NCBI GenBank assembly: GCA_903895725.1 | Contig: CAITUV010000019.1 | Span: 36,368 to 100,367 of the forward strand | From: an uncultured Myxococcales bacterium | GTDB lineage: Bacteria; Myxococcota_A; UBA9042; CAIXZC01 | Direction: 5' to 3' | Length of the DNA stretch: 64,000 bases | Part shown: in pieces, positions 8,858 to 18,415 of the stretch | Layout of the letters: each line of letters starts with the position of its first letter | How positions within the stretch are numbered: the stretch's first letter is position 1 | The notes under the pieces: model-generated | Database searches by the model: none | Seen by the model: only the letters and a program-made list of their open reading frames with translations | Told to the model about the DNA's origin: nothing | Program-made: the position numbers and the translations under genes

Positions 8858-9002
8858 CGGCAGGCCCCTCCGAAAAGGGGGAATGACCGCGGGCCTTGAA
8901 ATCAGGCAGGGTTATGGCTCTTGGCGGAAGCTGAGGTCACCGGCCTTGCAAACCTGCGACCTGGCGACAGCCGCTGCTGGCTGGCCGGAGCCGTCTGCCC
9001 CC

Positions 9003-11708
9003 CTACTCCACCCTCACCTGCATCTCGAACGTCCTGCTTTCGCCCGGTTCGAAGTGCAGCTTGCCGGTCCAGACCTCGGCTTCGAGCTCGTTGAGGGAAG
9101 CCGGATAGGAGTAGAGCCAGGTGTGCTCGAACTGGCCGGCATCGAAAGTCTGCGTGAGGGTGAGGCCCTTGTCACCGGTGAAGGTCCAGCTTCCGTTGGG
9201 CATGTCCTGATCGTAGAAGGCGATCCCTTCCCTCATGTTGGTGATGATCTGGGCCATGTCGGGCTCGACCTTCTTGCCGGACAGGTCGTCGAAGTGGACC
9301 GCGGTGGTGTGGATGTCGCCCAGATTCAGCTCGAGATGGAATCGGAAGCGATCTTCACGGGCGCCGTCCGAAGGATTGGTGGCCTTGGTCGTGACCGTCA
9401 GGACGGGCTCTGCCGCGTCCAGGGTGAAGGTGCGCTGGAGCTGGTAGCCGTTGAGCGTGCTCTGGGACACGGTGACGGACAGCGGGGCGGCGGACACGAC
9501 GGTCGCAGGCTCGACCCAGCCGTACGCCTCGAAGAAGCCGCCGATGCGGTCCTCCACTCCGCCGGCAAAGGGGAAGAACAGGTTGGGAATCACATTGTGA
9601 GCCGTGACGACCTTGCCCGTCGGCTTGTGCACGATGCGCAGAGCACGACCGCCCAGCGAAGGCACAACCTCGACCTGCAACAGAGGATTCTCGATGACCT
9701 TGAGCGGCAGCGGTGAGGCCACCAGGGAGTAGACGAGCGCCAGCAGCTCGACGCTTCCACCCACTTCCCGCAACGTCGTGAAGCCGTGTGCGGCCATGCG
9801 GTCGAGGAACTCGGTCACCTCCGCTGCCGTCGCAACGGGGCCTTTCCACTTGAGCTTGCCCTCCAGCAGCTCGTATCCGTTCCGAGGGAAGATGCGGGCA
9901 TACGTGAGCGGCATCCGGGCGACTTTGACCCGCTCGAGCAGCTCGGCATCGTCCTTGACCGCGGCCTCGGCCTGGTCGAACGACACGGCGGCCTTGTCCA
10001 TCACCTCGTTGGACAGGTATCCCTGCCCCGGATTGGTGTAGAGGTGCATGTGGATGTCCTTGTCTGTCACCTCGTCGTGGAGCATCTCGACGTAGTCCTC
10101 GATGGGCTTGCCCGCGGCCCCGTAATACCCTTCGAGAAAGTCCCGTCGCAGCGCGACCGGATCCTGGTCCGGATCCCACAGCAGCTTCATCCCATACCAG
10201 GGGCGAAGCAGGGAGAACTCGCCACCGCCGCCGGACTGGCCCATGCCCTGGAGGTAGATCCCCTCGACCCCGATGTCCCGGTAGAAGCGCATGTCCGCGG
10301 ACATGGCCCGGAAGTTCGGGAACGGGTTGTAGTAGTGCGTGAAGTCGGTGACGTAGTGCCAGACATAGAGGTGCTGCGTCAGCTTCGACCATGCCTGCGC
10401 CCGCCCCTTGTACGCGGCGTTGAGCGGACAGCTGTCGATGGGATGGCTGTCGCACGAGGGATACATGTGGCACAGCCAGACCGCAGCGTTCGGGTGCATT
10501 TCGAGCCCGTTGGGAGGGTCCTCGGTGTACATGTACGCCAGCGTCCCGATGAGCTTGTCCGGGTAGGTCTGGGTGGTTCGCTTGAGCAGCTCGTTGACGA
10601 ACCAGAACTGAGTACCTCCGTTGGTCCCGTACTTTTCGTTCATGGCCCGGCACTTGTCGCACTGGCAGTAGTTGTAGTGGTCGGCCTGCGAGAAGTTGTG
10701 CTGTCTTGCATCGGGCTTGTCCGCCATGCGCTGGAGCATTCTCTCCGTGACGATGTCGAGCACGTCCGGGTTGGTCAAACAGAGCTGGGTTTCGTCCTTG
10801 AGCCGCTTGCCGCCGACCTCGGAGAAGTACTCGGGGTGCGTGTCGTAGAACTCCTCCGGGCTCACGTACCAGAAGTAGCTATGCGCCCTGCCGTCGTGGT
10901 CGTGCTGGATGCCCCAAGGGTTGTCGGCAAGACCCTTGCCTGAGTTGTCAGACTGGCGAGTGCGGAAGGGCTCGTCACCACCGGGCCACTCGTAGGACGT
11001 GTGACGCCACAGGAATGCGGGCCTGACGAGCCGGTCGGTCGGCGGGATCTCGACATCGGCAACCGACGGGGTCCTGGTCACCCCCGGGGCGTACCACCGC
11101 ACCCCCAGGTGGTCCTCGAGGAAGCGGTGCACGCCATAGAGGGTTCCGGCCGCTCCAGTCCCTGCAATGACGATGTGCGGGGGCACGGTCCGGATCACGT
11201 ACCCCTGCTCTCCCAGCTCCTCGTCGGACGGCGCCACGCCCAGCGCTGCGGCCAGAGGGCCCCTGCCCAGGACGATCATGGGAGCCGCGTCATCGCCCCC
11301 CGTGTCGGCCTGATCCGTCATCACGGGCAGGTCCAAACCGGAGCAGGCGAGGAAATGGGTGCGCAGCTCTTCTGCTGCCTGAATTTCCGAAGGGCTGGCC
11401 CCTGGCTGCAATGCGATCCGATGGTCGGACTTTCCTGCCTGGAGCAGGACGACCGGCTCGCCGGTCACCACGTCTCCTCCGCTGAGGTCAGCAAGGAACT
11501 CTCGGGCGTCGAGGCCCCGGTTCTCCGGCCCCGGGAGGTCGGCCTGGGTTGCGTCCTTCCCCTGAACGTCGGGGCCGCTCCCCCCTCCGCCGCTTCCGCA
11601 GCCGGCAGCCAACAGGGACGCCAGGAGAATCCCCGGCAGCACAGCCGTCCCGGCCCGCGCAACTCCATCCCCTCGAAGTCGTGTCATCCGATGCCCGTTG
11701 ATGCTCAT
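9003..11708 (-). CDS. DUF4838 domain lipoprotein (glycoside-hydrolase-like)
   Basis: Lipobox AAGC; GTLYGVHRFLEDHLGVRWY, HPEYFSE, QLCLTNPDV, CQCDKC, LAY motifs; C-terminal beta-sandwich. Confidence 0.85.
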   Translation of the reverse strand: MSINGHRMTRLRGDGVARAGTAVLPGILLASLLAAGCGSGGGGSGPDVQGKDATQADLPGPENRGLDAREFLADLSGGDVVTGEPVVLLQAGKSDHRIALQPGASPSEIQAAEELRTHFLACSGLDLPVMTDQADTGGDDAAPMIVLGRGPLAAALGVAPSDEELGEQGYVIRTVPPHIVIAGTGAAGTLYGVHRFLEDHLGVRWYAPGVTRTPSVADVEIPPTDRLVRPAFLWRHTSYEWPGGDEPFRTRQSDNSGKGLADNPWGIQHDHDGRAHSYFWYVSPEEFYDTHPEYFSEVGGKRLKDETQLCLTNPDVLDIVTERMLQRMADKPDARQHNFSQADHYNYCQCDKCRAMNEKYGTNGGTQFWFVNELLKRTTQTYPDKLIGTLAYMYTEDPPNGLEMHPNAAVWLCHMYPSCDSHPIDSCPLNAAYKGRAQAWSKLTQHLYVWHYVTDFTHYYNPFPNFRAMSADMRFYRDIGVEGIYLQGMGQSGGGGEFSLLRPWYGMKLLWDPDQDPVALRRDFLEGYYGAAGKPIEDYVEMLHDEVTDKDIHMHLYTNPGQGYLSNEVMDKAAVSFDQAEAAVKDDAELLERVKVARMPLTYARIFPRNGYELLEGKLKWKGPVATAAEVTEFLDRMAAHGFTTLREVGGSVELLALVYSLVASPLPLKVIENPLLQVEVVPSLGGRALRIVHKPTGKVVTAHNVIPNLFFPFAGGVEDRIGGFFEAYGWVEPATVVSAAPLSVTVSQSTLNGYQLQRTFTLDAAEPVLTVTTKATNPSDGAREDRFRFHLELNLGDIHTTAVHFDDLSGKKVEPDMAQIITNMREGIAFYDQDMPNGSWTFTGDKGLTLTQTFDAGQFEHTWLYSYPASLNELEAEVWTGKLHFEPGESRTFEMQVRVE

Positions 11709-11814
11709 GCCTCCCTCCGAACTGCCGTGGCAGACCCGCACCCCTGCCGGGTCCGTCCACTCTCGTCGATTGCCTCGGGCCGCCGCTTCGCCGAACCGGC
11801 CTTGGCGAGCGGTC

Positions 11815-13398
11815 CTACCGTCTCCAGAACGACGGGCTGAACAGAACCAGAATCGTGTAGATCTCGAGACGCCCGGCGATCATGTTGAACATGAGCACCC
11901 ACTTGCCCGCCTCGGGGACCGAGTGGTAGTTGACTGCGGGGCCCACCGCGCCCAGGCCGGGACCGACGTTGCCGATGCAGGCTGCCACTGCCGACGTTGC
12001 GGTCACGATGTCGAGCCCCATGAGCGCCAGGGCGAGCGACGACAGCACAAAGGTCCCGACGAACAGGGCGACCACGCCCAGGATGGCAAACACCTTCTCG
12101 TCCTTGATCACCTGGTGGCCGGTTCGAATCGTCGGCACCACCCGAGGCTGGGCGACGCGAAGCAGCTCACGAACCGCTGCCTTCAGCGTCACCTGGAGGC
12201 GGACGACCTTGATACCCCCACCCGTGCTGCCCGCACACCCGCCGATGAACATGAGCACCACCAGAAGAAGCTGTGCGCCTGGAGCCCATAGAGCGAAGTC
12301 CGCGGTCATGAAGCCGGTCGTCGTCATGATGGAGACGACCTGGAACGCCGCATGGCGAACGGTCTCCAGCGCACCCCACCCCAGATTCAGGGAGACGAGC
12401 ACGGCTGCCAGCACAGCCGTGCTGCACAGCACGATAACCGTGTAGGCCCGGAATTCCGAATCGTGCAGATGGGCCAGCGACCTCTTGAAGACGAGCGTCC
12501 AGTGCAGCGTGAAGTTGGCCCCGGCCAGGAACATGAACAGGATGATCACCCACTGAGCGTAAGGGGTCAGAGATCCAGCGCTTGCGGTCAGCGTGGAGAA
12601 CCCACCGGTAGCCATGGTGGCGCACGTGTGGCACGCAGCGTTGAACAGGTCCATTCCCCCGGCCGTGAGCGCGAGCACCTGGGCGACGGACATGCCGGCG
12701 TAGACCCACCAGAGCATCCGGGCCGTGTCCGCAATGTGCGGGCTGAGCCGGTCCTTGCTCGGTCCAGGCACTTCGGCCCGCATCAGGTGCACGCCACCGA
12801 CTCCCACCAGTGCCAGGACGGTAACGGCGAGCACCAGGATGCCCATTCCACCGAGCCAGTGGATGAGCGACCGCCAGAGAAGAAGCCCCCTCGGCAGCGC
12901 CGGTTTGCCGAAGGATGTAGGGGAATCCGTGGCATCCCACAGCCCCACCCGGATGACGGAGGCCCCCGTCGTCGTGAAGCCGGAGATCGACTCGAACATC
13001 GCGTCCGCCGGGTTGCAGAACTCCCGCCCCGGATGAAGTGCCTCCACGGGCAGGTCGCACACGGCAGCACCGGCAGGTGCTTCGGGCACCCACTGGGGAT
13101 CCACGGGCAGGAGCTGAGCAAACAGGAAGAACGGTAGTGCCCCGGCAATCGAGGCGAACAGCCACCCGAGTGCCGTCGCCAGGTAGCCGTCCCGTTGGGT
13201 GAGCCGACGCCCCTCCCTCCCCGACCGGGTTGCCAGGTACAGGGCGCCGCCCACTGCCAGCGCCACGACCATGGACAGCCCCAGTGCCAGGCGGTCCTGC
13301 GTCCCGTCGGCCAGTGCCAGCAGGGTGGGAACCCCCAGCACCACCCCGAGGATGAGCAACAGCACCGCCTGGATGTGGAAGACCGTCCTCAGGTGCAT
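11815..13398 (-). CDS. trkH: Trk potassium uptake membrane subunit
   Basis: FESISGFTTTGA, WLGGMGI, ATGGFS, GGCAGSTGGGIKVVR, GNVGPGLG, GRLE. Confidence 0.96.
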   Translation of the reverse strand: MHLRTVFHIQAVLLLILGVVLGVPTLLALADGTQDRLALGLSMVVALAVGGALYLATRSGREGRRLTQRDGYLATALGWLFASIAGALPFFLFAQLLPVDPQWVPEAPAGAAVCDLPVEALHPGREFCNPADAMFESISGFTTTGASVIRVGLWDATDSPTSFGKPALPRGLLLWRSLIHWLGGMGILVLAVTVLALVGVGGVHLMRAEVPGPSKDRLSPHIADTARMLWWVYAGMSVAQVLALTAGGMDLFNAACHTCATMATGGFSTLTASAGSLTPYAQWVIILFMFLAGANFTLHWTLVFKRSLAHLHDSEFRAYTVIVLCSTAVLAAVLVSLNLGWGALETVRHAAFQVVSIMTTTGFMTADFALWAPGAQLLLVVLMFIGGCAGSTGGGIKVVRLQVTLKAAVRELLRVAQPRVVPTIRTGHQVIKDEKVFAILGVVALFVGTFVLSSLALALMGLDIVTATSAVAACIGNVGPGLGAVGPAVNYHSVPEAGKWVLMFNMIAGRLEIYTILVLFSPSFWRR

Positions 13399-13405
13399 GG
13401 TCAAC

Positions 13406-14779
13406 CTACTTCAGGTCCGGATCCATCAGCCGCTCCAGCGCCCCCATCGAGCCCCGCCGGCAGAACACGACCATCCGGTCTCCCGCCTGGATTGTATCTC
13501 CACCGCGGGGAATGCGGATCTCGCCGTCCCGGATGATGAGCGTGGCCAGCGACCCCTTGGGAAATCGAGCATCCTTGAGCGGAACTTCCACAAGCGGCGA
13601 CCCCTTCGGCACCACCAGCTCCAGCGCCTCGGCATCCTCGCCGGCAAACAGGTGGACGTCGAGCACCTTGAGGTTGTGGATTGCGCGAAGCACCTGGGCC
13701 GCAGCGATGTCGAAGGGATTGAGGACCACGCCGTCGTGAACCGACTTGATCATCCTCATGAAGTCGAATCGCTGAGTGACCGTGACGGTGCGCTGGGTCC
13801 CCAGCTTGCGGGCCATCATCGCGGTCAGCACGTTGACCGCCTCGCTCTTGGACGCGGCCACGTACGTATCGATCCCCTCGGCCAGAATGTCGGCCAGGTC
13901 TTCAAGCTCCGTGCAGTCCGCGTGCAGGACGGTGGCCCTTTCGAGCCGCTCCGAGGCCTCCCTGGCCTGCATCTCCTTGGGAATCATGAGCCGCGTCCTG
14001 AACCCGGCCTCCGACAGCACTTCCGCAATCCGAATCGAGTTCTCACCGCCGCCGGCCACAAGCACCGAGCGTGCCGCCTGCTCATCGGGCCGGATCCACG
14101 CACAAAGGTCGTCGAGGCGCTCCCGCAGCGTCACGAAATACGCCAGGTCCCCGGCAGCCAGCACGTCGTTGCCGCCCGGGATGATCACCTTCTGCCGGTT
14201 TCCCCCGGGTCCCGGCGGACGCAACAGGGCACCGATGACGAAGTCCAGCCGACTGCGGTGCTCCGCAAGCTTGGCCACGGTCTGTCCGTCCAGCGGCCCA
14301 CCGGCCCTGACCCGGAACGCCACCACCACCACCCGGCCGCCCTCGAACTGGAGCACGTCGTAAGCCCCGGGAATCTCGAGGAGACGCCGGATCTTATCGG
14401 CCAGCAGCCCTTCCGGATTGATCACGATGTCCAGACCGAACCGGGCATGAAGCGACGGGTCGGCCAGGTAGGCCCGATTCCGAATCCGCCCGATACGCGT
14501 GGCATCCTTGGGCAGGTACTGCGACGCGATGGAGACCGCCATCATGTTCGTCTCGTCGGCATCGGTGACGGCGATGAAGAGCTCCGTCCTGTCCAGGCCG
14601 AGGCTGCGCAGCAGCTCCGGATCCGCACCGGAACCGAGCCGCGTCTCGACGTCGAGCTCATCCGCCAGCGTGGAGATGGCCTGCTCGAGGATGTCCACCA
14701 CCACGACGTCGTGGTCCGCGGACAGGCTTCGCGCAAGGTTCGAGCCGATCTCTCCGGCTCCGATGATCACGATTCGCAA
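13406..14779 (-). CDS. trkA: Trk potassium uptake NAD-binding subunit
   Basis: TTG start after GGAGG; RIVIIGAGEIG, AVTDADETN; two RCK N/C repeats. Confidence 0.93.
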   Translation of the reverse strand: MRIVIIGAGEIGSNLARSLSADHDVVVVDILEQAISTLADELDVETRLGSGADPELLRSLGLDRTELFIAVTDADETNMMAVSIASQYLPKDATRIGRIRNRAYLADPSLHARFGLDIVINPEGLLADKIRRLLEIPGAYDVLQFEGGRVVVVAFRVRAGGPLDGQTVAKLAEHRSRLDFVIGALLRPPGPGGNRQKVIIPGGNDVLAAGDLAYFVTLRERLDDLCAWIRPDEQAARSVLVAGGGENSIRIAEVLSEAGFRTRLMIPKEMQAREASERLERATVLHADCTELEDLADILAEGIDTYVAASKSEAVNVLTAMMARKLGTQRTVTVTQRFDFMRMIKSVHDGVVLNPFDIAAAQVLRAIHNLKVLDVHLFAGEDAEALELVVPKGSPLVEVPLKDARFPKGSLATLIIRDGEIRIPRGGDTIQAGDRMVVFCRRGSMGALERLMDPDLK

Positions 14780-14908
14780 GTTGACCTCCAGCCCCCTCCT
14801 GGGAGTCGGCCGATCATAGGGTGCAACCGGGTCCGGAGTCAATCGCGCCCTCAAAGCCATTGTTGCCGAGGGCGCGGGCGGGTAGAATGTGCCCGGATGG
14901 AGGGTCCC

Positions 14909-16453
14909 ATGCGTCTCCTCGTTTGCGGTCTCGTGTCGGTTCTGCTGTCGGTCCTGGTGGCTTCATGCGGCAATGACTCGGGCTCAGGCCCGAGCCTGTT
15001 CGATGCGGCTCACCAGGACGCTGGTTCGGAATCCTCGGTTACCCCTCCGGAAGACGATGCGGCGCAGCCCGAAGAGCTTCCCGCTCCCCCACCGGAATTC
15101 CCCGAGGACTTCTCCGTCGCGTTTGTCTACAAGGGCATCGTGCCGGGGGAGAACGACCAGAAGAGCGACCTCTACCTTGTGACCAGCAAGGGCAACAACC
15201 CCATGGCTCCCGAGGTTGAATCCCCCATAGCGCTCACCGGCTTTGCCATCGACCCGAACGAATGCCAGCTCGTCCTCGAGAAGGCCCCGGACGGCACCCC
15301 GCTCTCCACGGCCCCGTGCTCGTGCCACCTCGGATGCGTGGTGGATGAATCGCTGACCTGGATCGCGGTCACCGTCGAGAAGCCCTCCGACGTCGGCTTC
15401 GCCTTCCAGGTCGGGAAGTTCAATGCGGACCTCCAGGTCAAGATGGTCAAGGGTGCCGTGTTCAAGAACATCGTCGACATGGCGTTTGCCGGCGGCTACC
15501 TCTACTTCTCGAGCACGCAGTACTGCTCCGACACGGGGTGCAAATTCCTGGTGTACCGCTATGACCTGGAGAACATCCCGGCACCGCAGTCGCTGTTCCT
15601 CATCCCCCCGGACGACGATCAGGATTACAAGGACGGCCAGGCGACGACCGACGGCCACTTCACGGCCAGCGACGACGGCAAGACACTGGCGTTCCTCTCC
15701 CCGACCATTCGAAGCCAGCGCGTCTACGTCTGGCGCAACGAGGTCGTCAAGGAGCTGGACTACCAGTGCCCCGGCGGCATGCAGGGGGACCACTGCACCG
15801 GGTCAGGCTCCGAGTTCTCGGACCTCGATCCGCTGGCTCTGACCCCGAGCGGCAAGCGGCTGGCCTGGTTCTCCCGGATCAAGGACAGGCTGGTGCTGAG
15901 GATGTACGATACCGACGGTGGAAACGTGAAGGAGCAGGTGCTCATCGACACGGAGGGCCAGGACTACCCGGCTGCCTCGTGCGCCCAGCTCGGGGCCGAT
16001 CCCTGGAAGTTCAACAAGGTCACCAACCCGCTCTTCACTCCCGATGCCCAGACCCTGCTCTTCGTGGCCAGCTCCAACTGTGATCCGTCCAAGAAGCCGT
16101 TCACGGACATCGTGAGCATCCCGGTCGACCGAATCGGCGACGGCCCGCTGACTGCCAACACGCTCATCGACATCACCGACAACCCGAGGACCAACGGGGT
16201 CGACAACGCGGTCATCGATGCCTTCGACGTCTCCCCGGACGGCGGGAACGTGGTCTACACTGCGTCTCCCGTCTACGGCCAGGACAAGCAGACCATGCTC
16301 CCGGACACCTCGGCCAAGGCCAAGCAGTCCCGGGAGCTGTGGGTGGCGGCCATCGACGGCTCGCAGAAACGGCAGATCACCTTCAACCAGAAGCAGAGCG
16401 CTGTCTGGCTCAAGGCCATCGTCACGCCGAAGGTCCCTTCCTCAAATCCTTGA
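14909..16453 (+). CDS. Lipoprotein, probable TolB/PD40-like beta-propeller
   Basis: Lipobox LVASC; SDDGKTLAF, TPSGKRLAW, SPDGGNVVY, DGSQKRQIT repeats; TTGTTG-N17-TAGAAT upstream. Confidence 0.75.
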   Translation: MRLLVCGLVSVLLSVLVASCGNDSGSGPSLFDAAHQDAGSESSVTPPEDDAAQPEELPAPPPEFPEDFSVAFVYKGIVPGENDQKSDLYLVTSKGNNPMAPEVESPIALTGFAIDPNECQLVLEKAPDGTPLSTAPCSCHLGCVVDESLTWIAVTVEKPSDVGFAFQVGKFNADLQVKMVKGAVFKNIVDMAFAGGYLYFSSTQYCSDTGCKFLVYRYDLENIPAPQSLFLIPPDDDQDYKDGQATTDGHFTASDDGKTLAFLSPTIRSQRVYVWRNEVVKELDYQCPGGMQGDHCTGSGSEFSDLDPLALTPSGKRLAWFSRIKDRLVLRMYDTDGGNVKEQVLIDTEGQDYPAASCAQLGADPWKFNKVTNPLFTPDAQTLLFVASSNCDPSKKPFTDIVSIPVDRIGDGPLTANTLIDITDNPRTNGVDNAVIDAFDVSPDGGNVVYTASPVYGQDKQTMLPDTSAKAKQSRELWVAAIDGSQKRQITFNQKQSAVWLKAIVTPKVPSSNP

Positions 16454-16497
16454 TCTTGCCCCCACGCGCGGTGTATGGTTCGGCACCGGAGGTGCCC

Positions 16498-17823
16498 ATG
16501 GGCAACGGAATCTCGGAGGCCATCAAGCTGGCCGGAGTCGTTGGAGCGGGAGGTGCCGGCTTCCCCACGCACGTGAAGGCGGACAGCCGGGTCGACACGG
16601 TCATCGCCAACGGGTCGGAGTGCGAGCCCCTTCTCCACTCGGACCAGGCGTTGATGCTCGAATACCCCAAGGAGATCATCGCAGGCCTGGAGCAGATGAT
16701 GCAGGCCACAGGAGCGACCCGGGGCATCCTCGCTCTCAAGGGGAAGTACAAGGAGCAGGTGGCTGCGTTCCGCACGCTGCTGCCCGCACATCCCGACGTG
16801 ACCATCGTCGAGCTCGGCAACTTCTACCCCTCGGGGGACGAGCAGTCGATGGTCTACGAATGCACCGGGCGCATCGTGCCGGAGGGCGGTATTCCGCTCA
16901 ACGTCGGCGTGGTCGTCGACAACGTCGAGACGCTCTACAACGTGTTCCAGGCCATGAAAGGGATTCCGGTCACGGACCGGACGGTCACCCTCATCGGAGA
17001 AGTTCGAATCCCCGGAATCTACCGGTTCCCCATCGGCACCACGGTGGCTGAGGCCGTCCGGATTGCGGGCGGGACCAGCGTGCCCAATGTGGCCGTCATC
17101 GACGGCGGCCCCATGATGGGGCGCATCACCTTCGGGCTGGACGGCGTGATTCGAAAGACCACCTCGGGCCTGATCGTCCTGCCAGCGGACCACCCCTTCG
17201 TGATTCGCCGGACGCTACCGGTCAACATGGAGCTTCTGCGAACGGTTTCCATGTGCTGCCAGTGCAGGGAGTGCACGGACCTGTGCCCCCGGTACCAGCT
17301 CGGTCACGACCTCGAGCCCCACAAGGTCATGCGGGCAGTAATCACGCGAAGCCAGGAGCCGCCGTACCAGATCACCCAGGCGCACATCTGCTGCCTGTGC
17401 GGGATTTGCGAGACGATTGCGTGCCCGCTCGGGCTGTCTCCCCGGAACGTGTTCGCCATGGTGCGCAAGGAGCTGGCGGCCAAGGGGGTGAAGAATCCGC
17501 ATCACCGCAAGCCGGAACAGGTCCGTACGTCCCATGCGTTCACGAAGATCCCCAAGGAGCGGGCCCTGGCGAGAACGGGTCTGACTCCGTACGACGGCCA
17601 CCCGCCGTATCGGGGACAGGTGGCGGGCATCCGGCATGTCGAGCTGCTCCTGTCTCAGCACATCGGAGCACCTGCCAAGCCGACGGTGCGAGAAGGGGAC
17701 TTCGTCAACCGGGGAGACCGTGTGGCCGTGCCTCCGGACGGGGCCCTTTCCGCAGCCATTCACGCAAGCATCAGCGGCCGAGTCGCTGCCGTAGCCGGCG
17801 ACCGAATCGTGATCGAGGGGTAG
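16498..17823 (+). CDS. pduS: PduS/RnfC-like flavin Fe-S oxidoreductase
   Basis: GVVGAGGAGFPTHVK, ANGSECEPLL, SLBB domain, two CxxCxxCxxxCP clusters, C-terminal QHIGAPA...HASISG. Confidence 0.88.
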   Translation: MGNGISEAIKLAGVVGAGGAGFPTHVKADSRVDTVIANGSECEPLLHSDQALMLEYPKEIIAGLEQMMQATGATRGILALKGKYKEQVAAFRTLLPAHPDVTIVELGNFYPSGDEQSMVYECTGRIVPEGGIPLNVGVVVDNVETLYNVFQAMKGIPVTDRTVTLIGEVRIPGIYRFPIGTTVAEAVRIAGGTSVPNVAVIDGGPMMGRITFGLDGVIRKTTSGLIVLPADHPFVIRRTLPVNMELLRTVSMCCQCRECTDLCPRYQLGHDLEPHKVMRAVITRSQEPPYQITQAHICCLCGICETIACPLGLSPRNVFAMVRKELAAKGVKNPHHRKPEQVRTSHAFTKIPKERALARTGLTPYDGHPPYRGQVAGIRHVELLLSQHIGAPAKPTVREGDFVNRGDRVAVPPDGALSAAIHASISGRVAAVAGDRIVIEG

Positions 17824-17824
17824 C

Positions 17825-18373
17825 ATGAACCACCCGGCAATCGGAATCGTGGAGCTCAACAGTCTGGCCCGTGGAACCGTGGTGACCGACGCCATGGCCA
17901 AGAGGGCCCCCATCGAGATCCTGGACAGCCACGCCATCTGCCCCGGCAAGTTCCTCATCATCGTAGCCGGCCAGGTGGACGACATCCGGGAGGCCATGGA
18001 TGCCGGCCGACACTACGGCGGCTATACCATGACCGATTCGATCATCATCGAGAACCTGCACGGCCAGGTGCTTCCCGCGATCCAGGGGGCCAACCCCGTT
18101 CCGGACATCACGTCGGTCGGACTGCTCGAGACCTGGGCCAGCCCCTCCTGCGTGATCGCTGCCGATGCTGCGTGCAAGGCAGCCCAGATCACGCTCATCG
18201 AGGTGCGGCTCGCCAATGGGCTGGGGGGCAAGGCCTTCATGACTCTCACCGGCGAGCTGCACGAAGTCGAGGCCGCCATGACTGCGGCCGTGGCTGCCGT
18301 AACCTCGGGCCAGCTCATCCGACATGAGATCATCCCGGCCCCTCACGCAAGCGTCAAACCCACACTGTTCTGA
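17825..18373 (+). CDS. pduT: Tandem BMC-domain shell protein (PduT-like BMC-T)
   Basis: Two BMC domains; ICPGKF with the PduT Fe-S cysteine; AADAACKAA, GLGGKAF; directly after pduS. Confidence 0.9.
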   Translation: MNHPAIGIVELNSLARGTVVTDAMAKRAPIEILDSHAICPGKFLIIVAGQVDDIREAMDAGRHYGGYTMTDSIIIENLHGQVLPAIQGANPVPDITSVGLLETWASPSCVIAADAACKAAQITLIEVRLANGLGGKAFMTLTGELHEVEAAMTAAVAAVTSGQLIRHEIIPAPHASVKPTLF

Positions 18374-18415
18374 GAGCGTGTAGCGCCAGGAGCGCTCCGC
18401 ATACGGCGGGAAAGC

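Larger units (their letters stand above)
6061..8961. mobile_element. Small integrative element or remnant: DUF3800 + structured RNA, divergent excisionase and tyrosine integrase
   Basis: xis-like and int genes, AT-richer intergenic DNA with promoters, GGCAC arm-type repeats after int; boundaries approximate, no matching att pair found. Confidence 0.65.

Noticed and set aside
13199..14908. N-terminal half of the 1084-aa ORF
   Set aside because: Antisense shadow of trkA; the real lipoprotein starts at 14909
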